A stretch of DNA of 64,000 bases from Candidatus Hecatella orcuttiae. GTDB lineage: Archaea; Thermoproteota; Bathyarchaeia; Hecatellales; Hecatellaceae. Within the stretch, counting starts at the first letter, position 1. Each line of letters begins with the position of its first letter. The translations under genes were made by a program, and so were the position numbers. Location: the NCBI GenBank assembly GCA_002011035.2, contig MTLY02000003.1, forward strand, positions 416,001 through 480,000. Reading direction: 5' to 3'. Positions 57,090 to 64,000 of the stretch are shown here, in pieces. Below the pieces are notes generated by a model that had not been told where the DNA came from, ran no database searches, and saw only the letters and a list, made by a program, of their open reading frames with translations.

Positions 57090-59059
57090 AGAAAAATCAT
57101 CTGCTGTCCGTCGCCGTAATCGTCATCGCCTTGGTTATTCTTGGTTACGCCCTACCGGTAACAGGGCGGATGAGCGAAATAATCCTAACAGTCGAAGAAG
57201 AATCCGGCCGGCTGGCTGAAGCTGATTCTTCACCCAAGATCATAGAGATCACCGCGAAAAGGTTCACCTTCGAACCCAACATCATTCACGTAAAGCTGGG
57301 AGAGGAGGTAATCTTCAGGATAAAGAGCGCGGATGTCACCCACGGATTCTACATCGACGGCTACGATTACTTCGTAACCATCCCCCCGGGAGAAGTCGTG
57401 GATGTGGGGCCGATAATTTTCGACGGACCGGGTAAATTGAAGATAAGATGCGCGATAACGTGCGGGCCTCTGCATCCATTCATGGTTGCGGACATACTCG
57501 TGGAGCCCAATTATGTTTTCCCAGCCTTCATCTTCTTAACGTTAGGCATGTTCGGGGCCACCACTCTCTACATCAGCCGAGGGCCCAGTAACCGAATGCT
57601 GGGAGTTCCCCTTGACAAGGATGTTGACTTGCTGAGGGTTAAGATCGTAGGGCCTATTTTGAAGAAGATTCTCCAATGGAGGGGTATCCACTTTGCACTC
57701 ATCTGGCCAAACCTTCTGATCTTTATGATCGTCTTAACAACAGCATTCTTCGGTAATCCAACAGGAAACAAGAACTTCTCCATAGCGGTAGTCTGGATAC
57801 TTTGGTTTGCCGCTGTTGAATTTATGATACTCTTTGCTGGAAGACTATGGTGCACTGTCTGTCCTCTACCGGCTTTCGGAGAATGGCTTGCAAGAAGAAG
57901 ACTTTACGGTGTTCACAGTCTGAGAAAGTGGCTGTCTTTGGGAAAAAAGTGGCCTAAAAGCTTGAACAACATGTGGATACCGGCCTTCGGTTTCTTAGGA
58001 ATATCTCTCATCGTTCCTTGGCTTGTCACAAGACCCGTAGTGACCGGGTTTTTGTTCCTCATACTTATAGTGCTCCCTTTGATTCTACATCCAATTTTTA
58101 CCCGGAGATATTTCTGTCGCTCTGTCTGTCCGGCGGGCGGATACATAGGCCATCATTCTAACGCTTCGATCCTCGCTATTAGATGCCGGAATAAAACTGT
58201 CTGCGATAAGCATGTGGCTAAAGAGTGTATCGGTGGAAGTCCCAAAGGCTACGGTTGCCCTTGGGTGCTCTATCCGGGTGGCAACGACCAGAACACCTAC
58301 TGCGGTCAGTGTTTTGAATGCCTCAAATCTTGTCCCTTAGACAATATGACGCTGAAGCTGAGGATGATAGGCCAAGACCTAGCTAACCTAGCAACCAAAG
58401 CCAAGGACAAGTTTGATGAGGCGTGGATGGATTTCATCAGATTTACCTTGGTCATCACTTACCAGCTGGTCTTTTTCGGCCCCTACTTCTGGTTTAAAGA
58501 CTGGGGTAACATGGGGAATATCTTCGGAGCTAACCTGGCCACCATAGGACTTCTCACACCTTCTTTCCAAGGACTGAGCAACTGGTTCGGATGGGCGGTG
58601 ATAGTGGGTGGCACTGCATTAGTAGGCTATCCTGCCCTGTTCTACGCCTTCTCTTGGCTGGCGAAGAAGACTGCCGGCGATGTTGAACACGCACCTAAAC
58701 AAGTCTTCCTCTCTTTCAGCTACGCCTTGACTCCCTACAGCCTGTTCCTTTGGCTGGCATTCGCCATCACCCTCGTAACCGTTAACTGGGCATATCCCCT
58801 AACGGCTTTTTCCGATCCTCTGGGGTGGGGTTGGAATCTGCTGGGAACCCGGTTTGCATGGAGACCAATCCTTCCGGATTTTCTGCCCTACTTCCAGCTA
58901 CCGATTGTTCTTGTAGGGCTAGCTTTGGCGGTGAACAGCACCTACAACATCGCTGTGAGACTCTTCGGCGACCACGCTAAGGCTCTGAGAGCATCAACGG
59001 TCATGGGTGTTTTGCACACCCTTGCCGCCTTGGTTTTCATCTGGATTATATCGGGGTGA
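57086..59059 (+). CDS. CuA-type cupredoxin fused to a polytopic 4Fe-4S membrane protein (NapH/NosR/RdxA-like)
   Basis: DVTHGF...CAITCGPLHPFM (H + Cx3Cx3Hx2M); then TMs with WCTVCP, FCRSVCP, GCP, CGQCFECLKSCP. Confidence 0.8.
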   Translation: MKKNHLLSVAVIVIALVILGYALPVTGRMSEIILTVEEESGRLAEADSSPKIIEITAKRFTFEPNIIHVKLGEEVIFRIKSADVTHGFYIDGYDYFVTIPPGEVVDVGPIIFDGPGKLKIRCAITCGPLHPFMVADILVEPNYVFPAFIFLTLGMFGATTLYISRGPSNRMLGVPLDKDVDLLRVKIVGPILKKILQWRGIHFALIWPNLLIFMIVLTTAFFGNPTGNKNFSIAVVWILWFAAVEFMILFAGRLWCTVCPLPAFGEWLARRRLYGVHSLRKWLSLGKKWPKSLNNMWIPAFGFLGISLIVPWLVTRPVVTGFLFLILIVLPLILHPIFTRRYFCRSVCPAGGYIGHHSNASILAIRCRNKTVCDKHVAKECIGGSPKGYGCPWVLYPGGNDQNTYCGQCFECLKSCPLDNMTLKLRMIGQDLANLATKAKDKFDEAWMDFIRFTLVITYQLVFFGPYFWFKDWGNMGNIFGANLATIGLLTPSFQGLSNWFGWAVIVGGTALVGYPALFYAFSWLAKKTAGDVEHAPKQVFLSFSYALTPYSLFLWLAFAITLVTVNWAYPLTAFSDPLGWGWNLLGTRFAWRPILPDFLPYFQLPIVLVGLALAVNSTYNIAVRLFGDHAKALRASTVMGVLHTLAALVFIWIISG

Positions 59060-59463
59060 ATGAAGTGATGAAGAAAACTGTACTGTTGTGGGAAAGCATT
59101 GCATTGCTCTTGGTAGTCGTCGCTGTGGCCGCGTTTTTCCTTCCTTTGGCAGATGGGATTTTCATGCCGAGGGAGCCGGACGAGATTGTGGTAAGGATGA
59201 GCATCAAGGAAAGCGGAGGCTTCGACCCCGAAGTCATAACCGTGAAGAAAGGGCAGACTGTCCGGTTGGTCCTCATAAGCATGGATGTTTCCCACGGCTT
59301 CACTGTCGAAGGCCTTGACATCGACGTGAAGATTGTTAATCCGGAAAAGAAGGTGGTGGTGGAGTTCACACCTGAGGAAGAGGGAGTCTACATGTTTAAA
59401 TGTACAGTTCAATGCAGCCCCCTCCACCACTACATGAGGGGACTGTTCATAGTGGAGGGTTAG
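59056..59463 (+). CDS. Membrane-anchored CuA-type cupredoxin
   Basis: TM anchor, FDPEVITVKKG, DVSHGF...CTVQCSPLHHYM. Confidence 0.82.
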   Translation: MNEVMKKTVLLWESIALLLVVVAVAAFFLPLADGIFMPREPDEIVVRMSIKESGGFDPEVITVKKGQTVRLVLISMDVSHGFTVEGLDIDVKIVNPEKKVVVEFTPEEEGVYMFKCTVQCSPLHHYMRGLFIVEG

Positions 59464-59465
59464 AG

Positions 59466-59993
59466 ATGAAAAACAGCGTCTTAGCTCGGTTGTTGAAATT
59501 TCCGCCTTTGGTTTTCTTTCTTCTCCTGATCCTAAGCTTCACCGCCTTCCAAGGATACGTTTCACTTGTAGGAGTGGGGGAAGCGGAAGAGTTTCCACAC
59601 ATGGAACCGATAGTCACGACGGATAGCGAAACCTATTCCAGAGACTCTTTTGTGTACATCCACGTCAAGGTCAGTACGCATCCTCATGAGCATGTCCATG
59701 AGGAGGAGGCTGTGGTAGAGGAGCATGTCCATGAGGAGGAGGCTGTGGTAGAGGAGCATGTCCATGAGGAGGAGGCTGTTTTTGAAGGAGCTGAAGTTAT
59801 CCTCATCATCTACGACCCAGAAGGTAACGTGTTTGCAGACCTGAGAGGAATAACCAATCAAGATGGAGAGATGATGTTTGAGGTTTACATAGGAGCTGAT
59901 GACCCGACCGGCATCTACACTATCATCCCTGAAGCCAGCTTCAAAGGCTCACCTATCGTGATAGGGGAAACAGCCTATTTTAGAGTGACTTGA
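59466..59993 (+). CDS. Membrane-anchored Ig-like protein with His/Glu-rich repeat insert
   Basis: Start placed at ATG 59466; N-terminal TM, TDSETYSR, IYDPEG, GITNQDG, PTGIYTI; internal EHVHEEEAVVE repeats. Confidence 0.7.
   Translation: MKNSVLARLLKFPPLVFFLLLILSFTAFQGYVSLVGVGEAEEFPHMEPIVTTDSETYSRDSFVYIHVKVSTHPHEHVHEEEAVVEEHVHEEEAVVEEHVHEEEAVFEGAEVILIIYDPEGNVFADLRGITNQDGEMMFEVYIGADDPTGIYTIIPEASFKGSPIVIGETAYFRVT
59688..59779 (+). repeat. 33-bp tandem repeat (about 2.8 copies) encoding EHVHEEEAVVE
   Basis: GAGCATGTCCATGAGGAGGAGGCTGTGGTAGAG twice, then a partial third copy, identical at nucleotide level. Confidence 0.95.
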
Positions 59994-60068
59994 GAAAGGC
60001 TGAAAAGCAGTTTTTCTCAGATGATTTCTCCTTTAACCCCGCGAAATATTTTTTCGGCAGAAAATCTG

Positions 60069-62099
60069 TTAGAGCACTAAGAGAAGAGGCGCTGCCACTA
60101 TCAAGGGAGCGAAGATCACCGACAGCATGTTGATGGCTTTAATCATAGGGTTAATGGCCGGACCTGCTGTGTCCTTGAAGGGGTCGCCCACCGTGTCCCC
60201 TATGACTGTGGCCGCGTGGGTTGGCGACCGCTTTCCTCCCAGCTTTCCTGTTTCCACGTATTTCTTGGCATTGTCCCAAGCTCCGCCGCCGTTGGCCATG
60301 AAGAGAGCTAAAGCCAGCCCGGTTACGATGGCGCCGATGAGCAAGCCGCCTAAAGCTTCAGCGCCCAATATGAAGCCTACTAGGATGGGTGACAGAACGG
60401 CTAAAAGGCCGGGGAGAGCCATCCCCCTCAAGGCGGTGCGGACGCTTATGTCTACGCATCGGCCGTAGTTCGGTTTGGCTTTTCCCTCCATGATGCCTGC
60501 AATCTCCCTAAACTGCCTTCGGACCTCCTCCACCATTCGGAAGGCACCCTTGCCCACGCCTTTGAGGCAGAGGGATGAGAAAATGAAAGTGATCCCTCCA
60601 CCCAGCAGCAAACCTACCAGCACCCTAGCGTCCATGATGTTGATGACGGGATTGTCCAAGGAAATACCGCCGCCGAACTTGGCGACTTCTAGGACGTAGG
60701 CGAAGAGAAGGGATAAAGCCGCCAGCCCCGCTGAGCCGATGGCGAAGACCTTGGTTAAAGCCTTGGTGGTGTTGCCCACGGCGTCCAAGGCGTCGGTGAC
60801 CTCCCTCACCTCGGGGGACAGTTCAGCCATTTCTGCTATTCCCCCTGCGTTGTCCACGATGGGACCGTAGGCGTCTACGGAGACGATTATCCCCGCGACG
60901 GAAAGCATGGACATGGCGGCTATGGCCACGCCGTAGAAGCCCACCACACCTCCCCCGGCTAGGAAGTAGGCGGCTATGACGCCTCCGCAGATGACGAGGA
61001 TGGGGAGGATGGTGCTTTCCATGGCGTTGGCCAAGCCTGAGATGATGTTGATTCCCGGCCCTGCTTGGGAGGCCTCCGCAACCTTGCGCACAGGGCTGTG
61101 CTCGTAGGAAGTATAATAGTCGGTTAGAAGAGCCAGGAGAACCACGATCACCACGCCTACGATAGTTGTGTAGAAGATTCCCATGCCCATCCCGGTGTAG
61201 ACGGTCAGAATGTAGAATCCGGCGATGGATACGGCCACTGTGACAGCTATCCCTTGGAGAATGGCTGAAGTAGGACTCCCAGTCTTCCTGATTCTCACAA
61301 AAAAAGTGCCGACGATGGTGGCGAAAATGGCAACAGCTCCCAAAAGCAGCGGATAGGTAACCCTCTGAGCGTTGAAGACCGGAAAAGCCCCCAAAAGCAT
61401 GGCTCCGATGATGGTCACAGCGTAGGTTTCGAAGAGATCCGCAGCCATCCCGGCCACATCCCCCACGTTGTCCCCCACGGCGTCGGCTATCACCGCCGGG
61501 TTTCGAGGGTCATCCTCCGGTATCCCCGCCTCCACCTTCCCCACCAAGTCCGCTCCCACGTCGGCGGATTTGGTGTAGATTCCTCCCCCTATCCTGGCAA
61601 AGAGGGCTACAAGGCTTCCTCCGAAGCCGAAGCCTGCGAAGAGAATAGGGTCGGTCCAGAGGAAGTAGAAGACGGTCACGCCCATCAAGGCTAATCCCAC
61701 CATGAACAAGCCCATCACAGCTCCGCCTTTGAAGGCTACCCGCAACGCAGCGCCTATGCCCCTGTGGGCAGCGTTGGCCGTTCGGACGTTGGCCTTGACG
61801 GCCACGTTCATGCCTAGGTAGCCCGCTAAGGCGGAAAGACAGGCTCCTGCGATGAAGGAAACCCCGGTGTTCCAGTTGATGGCTAGACCCAGCACCACAC
61901 CTACGATGACCATGAGGGTTAGCAATGCGCGGTATTGCCTGCTGAGGTAGGCTTGAGCTCCTTCCCTGATAGCCTCGTAGATTTCCCTCATCCGAGGGTT
62001 CCCCAGTTCCTCTTTTAGGATGCTCCAGACGAGGTAGCCGACGAAACCTAAGGCGGCGAGAGAAGCCATAGGCGCGATTATAATAGGCTCCATGGTCAC
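60069..62099 (-). CDS. hppA: Membrane-bound H+-translocating pyrophosphatase, K+-independent signature
   Basis: GGGIYTKSADVGADLVGKVE, EDDPRN, DNVGD, GNTTKA (Lys marks the K+-independent type), GDTVGDPFKD. Confidence 0.93.
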   Translation of the reverse strand: MTMEPIIIAPMASLAALGFVGYLVWSILKEELGNPRMREIYEAIREGAQAYLSRQYRALLTLMVIVGVVLGLAINWNTGVSFIAGACLSALAGYLGMNVAVKANVRTANAAHRGIGAALRVAFKGGAVMGLFMVGLALMGVTVFYFLWTDPILFAGFGFGGSLVALFARIGGGIYTKSADVGADLVGKVEAGIPEDDPRNPAVIADAVGDNVGDVAGMAADLFETYAVTIIGAMLLGAFPVFNAQRVTYPLLLGAVAIFATIVGTFFVRIRKTGSPTSAILQGIAVTVAVSIAGFYILTVYTGMGMGIFYTTIVGVVIVVLLALLTDYYTSYEHSPVRKVAEASQAGPGINIISGLANAMESTILPILVICGGVIAAYFLAGGGVVGFYGVAIAAMSMLSVAGIIVSVDAYGPIVDNAGGIAEMAELSPEVREVTDALDAVGNTTKALTKVFAIGSAGLAALSLLFAYVLEVAKFGGGISLDNPVINIMDARVLVGLLLGGGITFIFSSLCLKGVGKGAFRMVEEVRRQFREIAGIMEGKAKPNYGRCVDISVRTALRGMALPGLLAVLSPILVGFILGAEALGGLLIGAIVTGLALALFMANGGGAWDNAKKYVETGKLGGKRSPTHAATVIGDTVGDPFKDTAGPAINPMIKAINMLSVIFAPLIVAAPLLLVL

Positions 62100-62211
62100 T
62101 CAGCCTATGCCAGTAAAATCTAACTTTAACTCTATTTGAGCTAGGTTTATAAATATTCCATTCGCGGAGAATTAAGCGGCTTGAAGCTTTATAATCCTGA
62201 AGTGCTTCCCC

Positions 62212-64000
62212 ATGCAAACCCCGGCGGGGTTCCCCTTGCCCATCCGACAGCCCATCGTCGTCGTCTTAGGTCATGTCGACCACGGGAAAACCACCCTCCT
62301 AGACAGAATTAGAGGAACGGCTGTAGCGGCCCGGGAGCCGGGAGCCATCTCCCAGCACATAGGGGCCAGCTTTGTTCCCGCTCAGGTTCTGGCTGACATC
62401 TGCCGTGGGCTGTTGGAGGTTTTCCGGTTCAAAATAGACATCCCCGGCTTGCTTTTCATAGACACCCCCGGCCACTCGGCTTTTTCCAACCTGCGAAGGC
62501 GAGGTGGCTCGGTGGCGGACATCGCCATCCTCGTCATCGACCTCATGGAGGGAGTGAAGCCTCAGACAGCGGAATCCATAGATATATTGAAGGCTCGAAA
62601 AACTCCCTTTGTGGTTGCTGCCAACAAACTCGACATGGTTCCCGGCTGGCGGTCTACGGAGGGAGGCAGCTTCCTTGAGTCCGTGAAGAAGATGGGGCTG
62701 CCTGTTGTTAAGGTTTTGGATGAAAAAATCTACTTCATCGTGGGGAGTTTAGCTGAGTTTAAGCTGAGCGGGGAAAGATTTGACCGGGTGAGGGACTTTA
62801 GAAAAAACGTGGCGATAGTTCCGGTAAGCGCAAAAACTGGAGAAGGGCTGCCCGACCTCCTCACTGTCTTGGTGGGGCTGACCCAGCAATATATGAAAGA
62901 GCGACTCGTAGTCTCTGAGGGAGGCGCCTGCGGCACGATTTTAGAGGTTAAGGAAGACCCCGGGCTCGGTGTCAACGTCAACACCATAATCTACGATGGA
63001 GTTCTTCGAGAAAACGACACACTGGTGGTGGGAGGTAAGCAGAAGGTTTTCACCACCAAGGTTCGAGCCATCCTTGTACCGAAGCCTCTGGACGAAATAA
63101 GAGACCCTAGGGAAAAATTCTTGAAAATCAAAGAAGTTCCCGCCGCCGCAGGGGTTAAGATAGTGGCCCCGGGACTTGAAGAAGCCCTGCCTGGAAGCCC
63201 CCTCTATGCTCTCTCCGAAGATTCCACCCCGGAGCAGTTGGTCTCTAAGGTTAGGGAAGAAATAGAGGGGGTGAGAATCTCCACCGACAAAGTCGGCGTA
63301 GTCCTCAAAGCGGACACCCTCGGCTCTTTGGAAGCCTTGGTAGGTGAGCTGGAATCCTCCAACATCCCCGTTCGACTGGCGGATGTGGGAGACATATCCA
63401 GAAGAGACGTGGTGGAAGCGGAGGTTGTGAAGGCTGAGGAGCCCGCCTACGGTGTGGTCTTAGGCTTCAACGTGAAGGTTCTTCCCGACGCTGCGGAGGA
63501 GGCTTCGAAGCGAGGCGTGCTGATATTTCAGAACAACGTCATCTACGGGTTGCTGGAAGAATATTTAGAATGGATGGGAAGCCTCAAGGAGAGGGAAACC
63601 CGGAAAGCCTTGGAATCTCTGTGGCGGCCGGCTAAGCTGAAGGTGCTCAAAGGCCTTGTTTTCCGCAGAAGCAAACCCGCCATCTTCGGAGTGGAGGTCC
63701 TAGCTGGAACGGTTAAATCCGGCTCCCCAATCATCCGAGCCAACGGGGTGGAAGTTGGAAAAATCGTTCAAATACAGGATAAAGGCGAAACCATTCCACA
63801 AGCATCCAAGGGCATGCAGGTAGCCGTCTCCATGAAGGAGCCCACAGTAGGACGCCACATCCGGGAGGAAGACATCCTGTATGTGGATGTTCCCGAAAGC
63901 CATGTTAAGCTTCTCCGCAGCGAATACCAAAACATCCTAAGCAGGGATGAAATCGAATGCCTCAACGAGTTCGTCGAAATTAAAAGGAAAACAGCCCCAT
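62212..64000 (+). CDS. infB: Translation initiation factor aIF5B (IF-2), 3' end truncated by the window edge
   Basis: Manual translation: IRQPIVVVLGHVDHGKTTLLD, SQHIGAS, IDTPGH, ANKLD, KADTLGSLEAL; true start may be TTG 62236. Confidence 0.95.
   Translation, partial: MQTPAGFPLPIRQPIVVVLGHVDHGKTTLLDRIRGTAVAAREPGAISQHIGASFVPAQVLADICRGLLEVFRFKIDIPGLLFIDTPGHSAFSNLRRRGGSVADIAILVIDLMEGVKPQTAESIDILKARKTPFVVAANKLDMVPGWRSTEGGSFLESVKKMGLPVVKVLDEKIYFIVGSLAEFKLSGERFDRVRDFRKNVAIVPVSAKTGEGLPDLLTVLVGLTQQYMKERLVVSEGGACGTILEVKEDPGLGVNVNTIIYDGVLRENDTLVVGGKQKVFTTKVRAILVPKPLDEIRDPREKFLKIKEVPAAAGVKIVAPGLEEALPGSPLYALSEDSTPEQLVSKVREEIEGVRISTDKVGVVLKADTLGSLEALVGELESSNIPVRLADVGDISRRDVVEAEVVKAEEPAYGVVLGFNVKVLPDAAEEASKRGVLIFQNNVIYGLLEEYLEWMGSLKERETRKALESLWRPAKLKVLKGLVFRRSKPAIFGVEVLAGTVKSGSPIIRANGVEVGKIVQIQDKGETIPQASKGMQVAVSMKEPTVGRHIREEDILYVDVPESHVKLLRSEYQNILSRDEIECLNEFVEIKRKTAP

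Noticed and set aside
57086-59463. Cytochrome c oxidase subunit II or nitrous oxide reductase call
   Set aside because: Only the CuA domain matches; no subunit I, no NosZ catalytic propeller, no maturation genes in the window.
59688-59779. CRISPR array
   Set aside because: Contiguous in-frame repeats without spacers; no cas genes.
61510-63965. Minus-strand ORFs over hppA and infB
   Set aside because: Alternative-frame or antisense shadows of hppA and the truncated infB.

Overview
Gene-dense archaeal chromosomal window (TFB, proteasome beta, L7Ae/S28e/L24e, aIF5B, archaeal PurP, CdvA-like). The gene set is most consistent with a TACK-group, probably Bathyarchaeia-like, organism; this is inferred from gene content, not from a phylogeny. 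Housekeeping blocks: purine synthesis (purC plus two purP paralogues), leuS/alaS/gltX, IscS/Mrp Fe-S genes, B12-dependent class II RNR, a divergent cobamide uptake/salvage cluster (btuF-X-btuC-btuD versus cobD-zf-cbiP-cbiB-cbiS-cobS) with a perfect palindromic operator, compatible-solute genes, fni, a ThiC-like paralogue and an H+-PPase. No tRNA, rRNA, CRISPR array, integrase or transposase was recognised. Strongest leads: (1) a ~6.8 kb block splitting the conserved ndk-infB junction that encodes a wHTH regulator, a small membrane protein and an operon with two CuA-type cupredoxin domains (one fused to a membrane polyferredoxin) plus a His/Glu-repeat protein, with no oxidase or N2O reductase catalytic subunit in the window; (2) a triple 11-bp repeat just downstream of the TATA box, shared by that operon and a His/Met-rich exported protein 30 kb away (candidate regulon); (3) a Cren7-like Zn-ribbon protein ending in an amphipathic helix, directly upstream of an orphan cdvA (candidate DNA-membrane/ESCRT tether). 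All family calls come from motif recognition by eye; no database searches were run.
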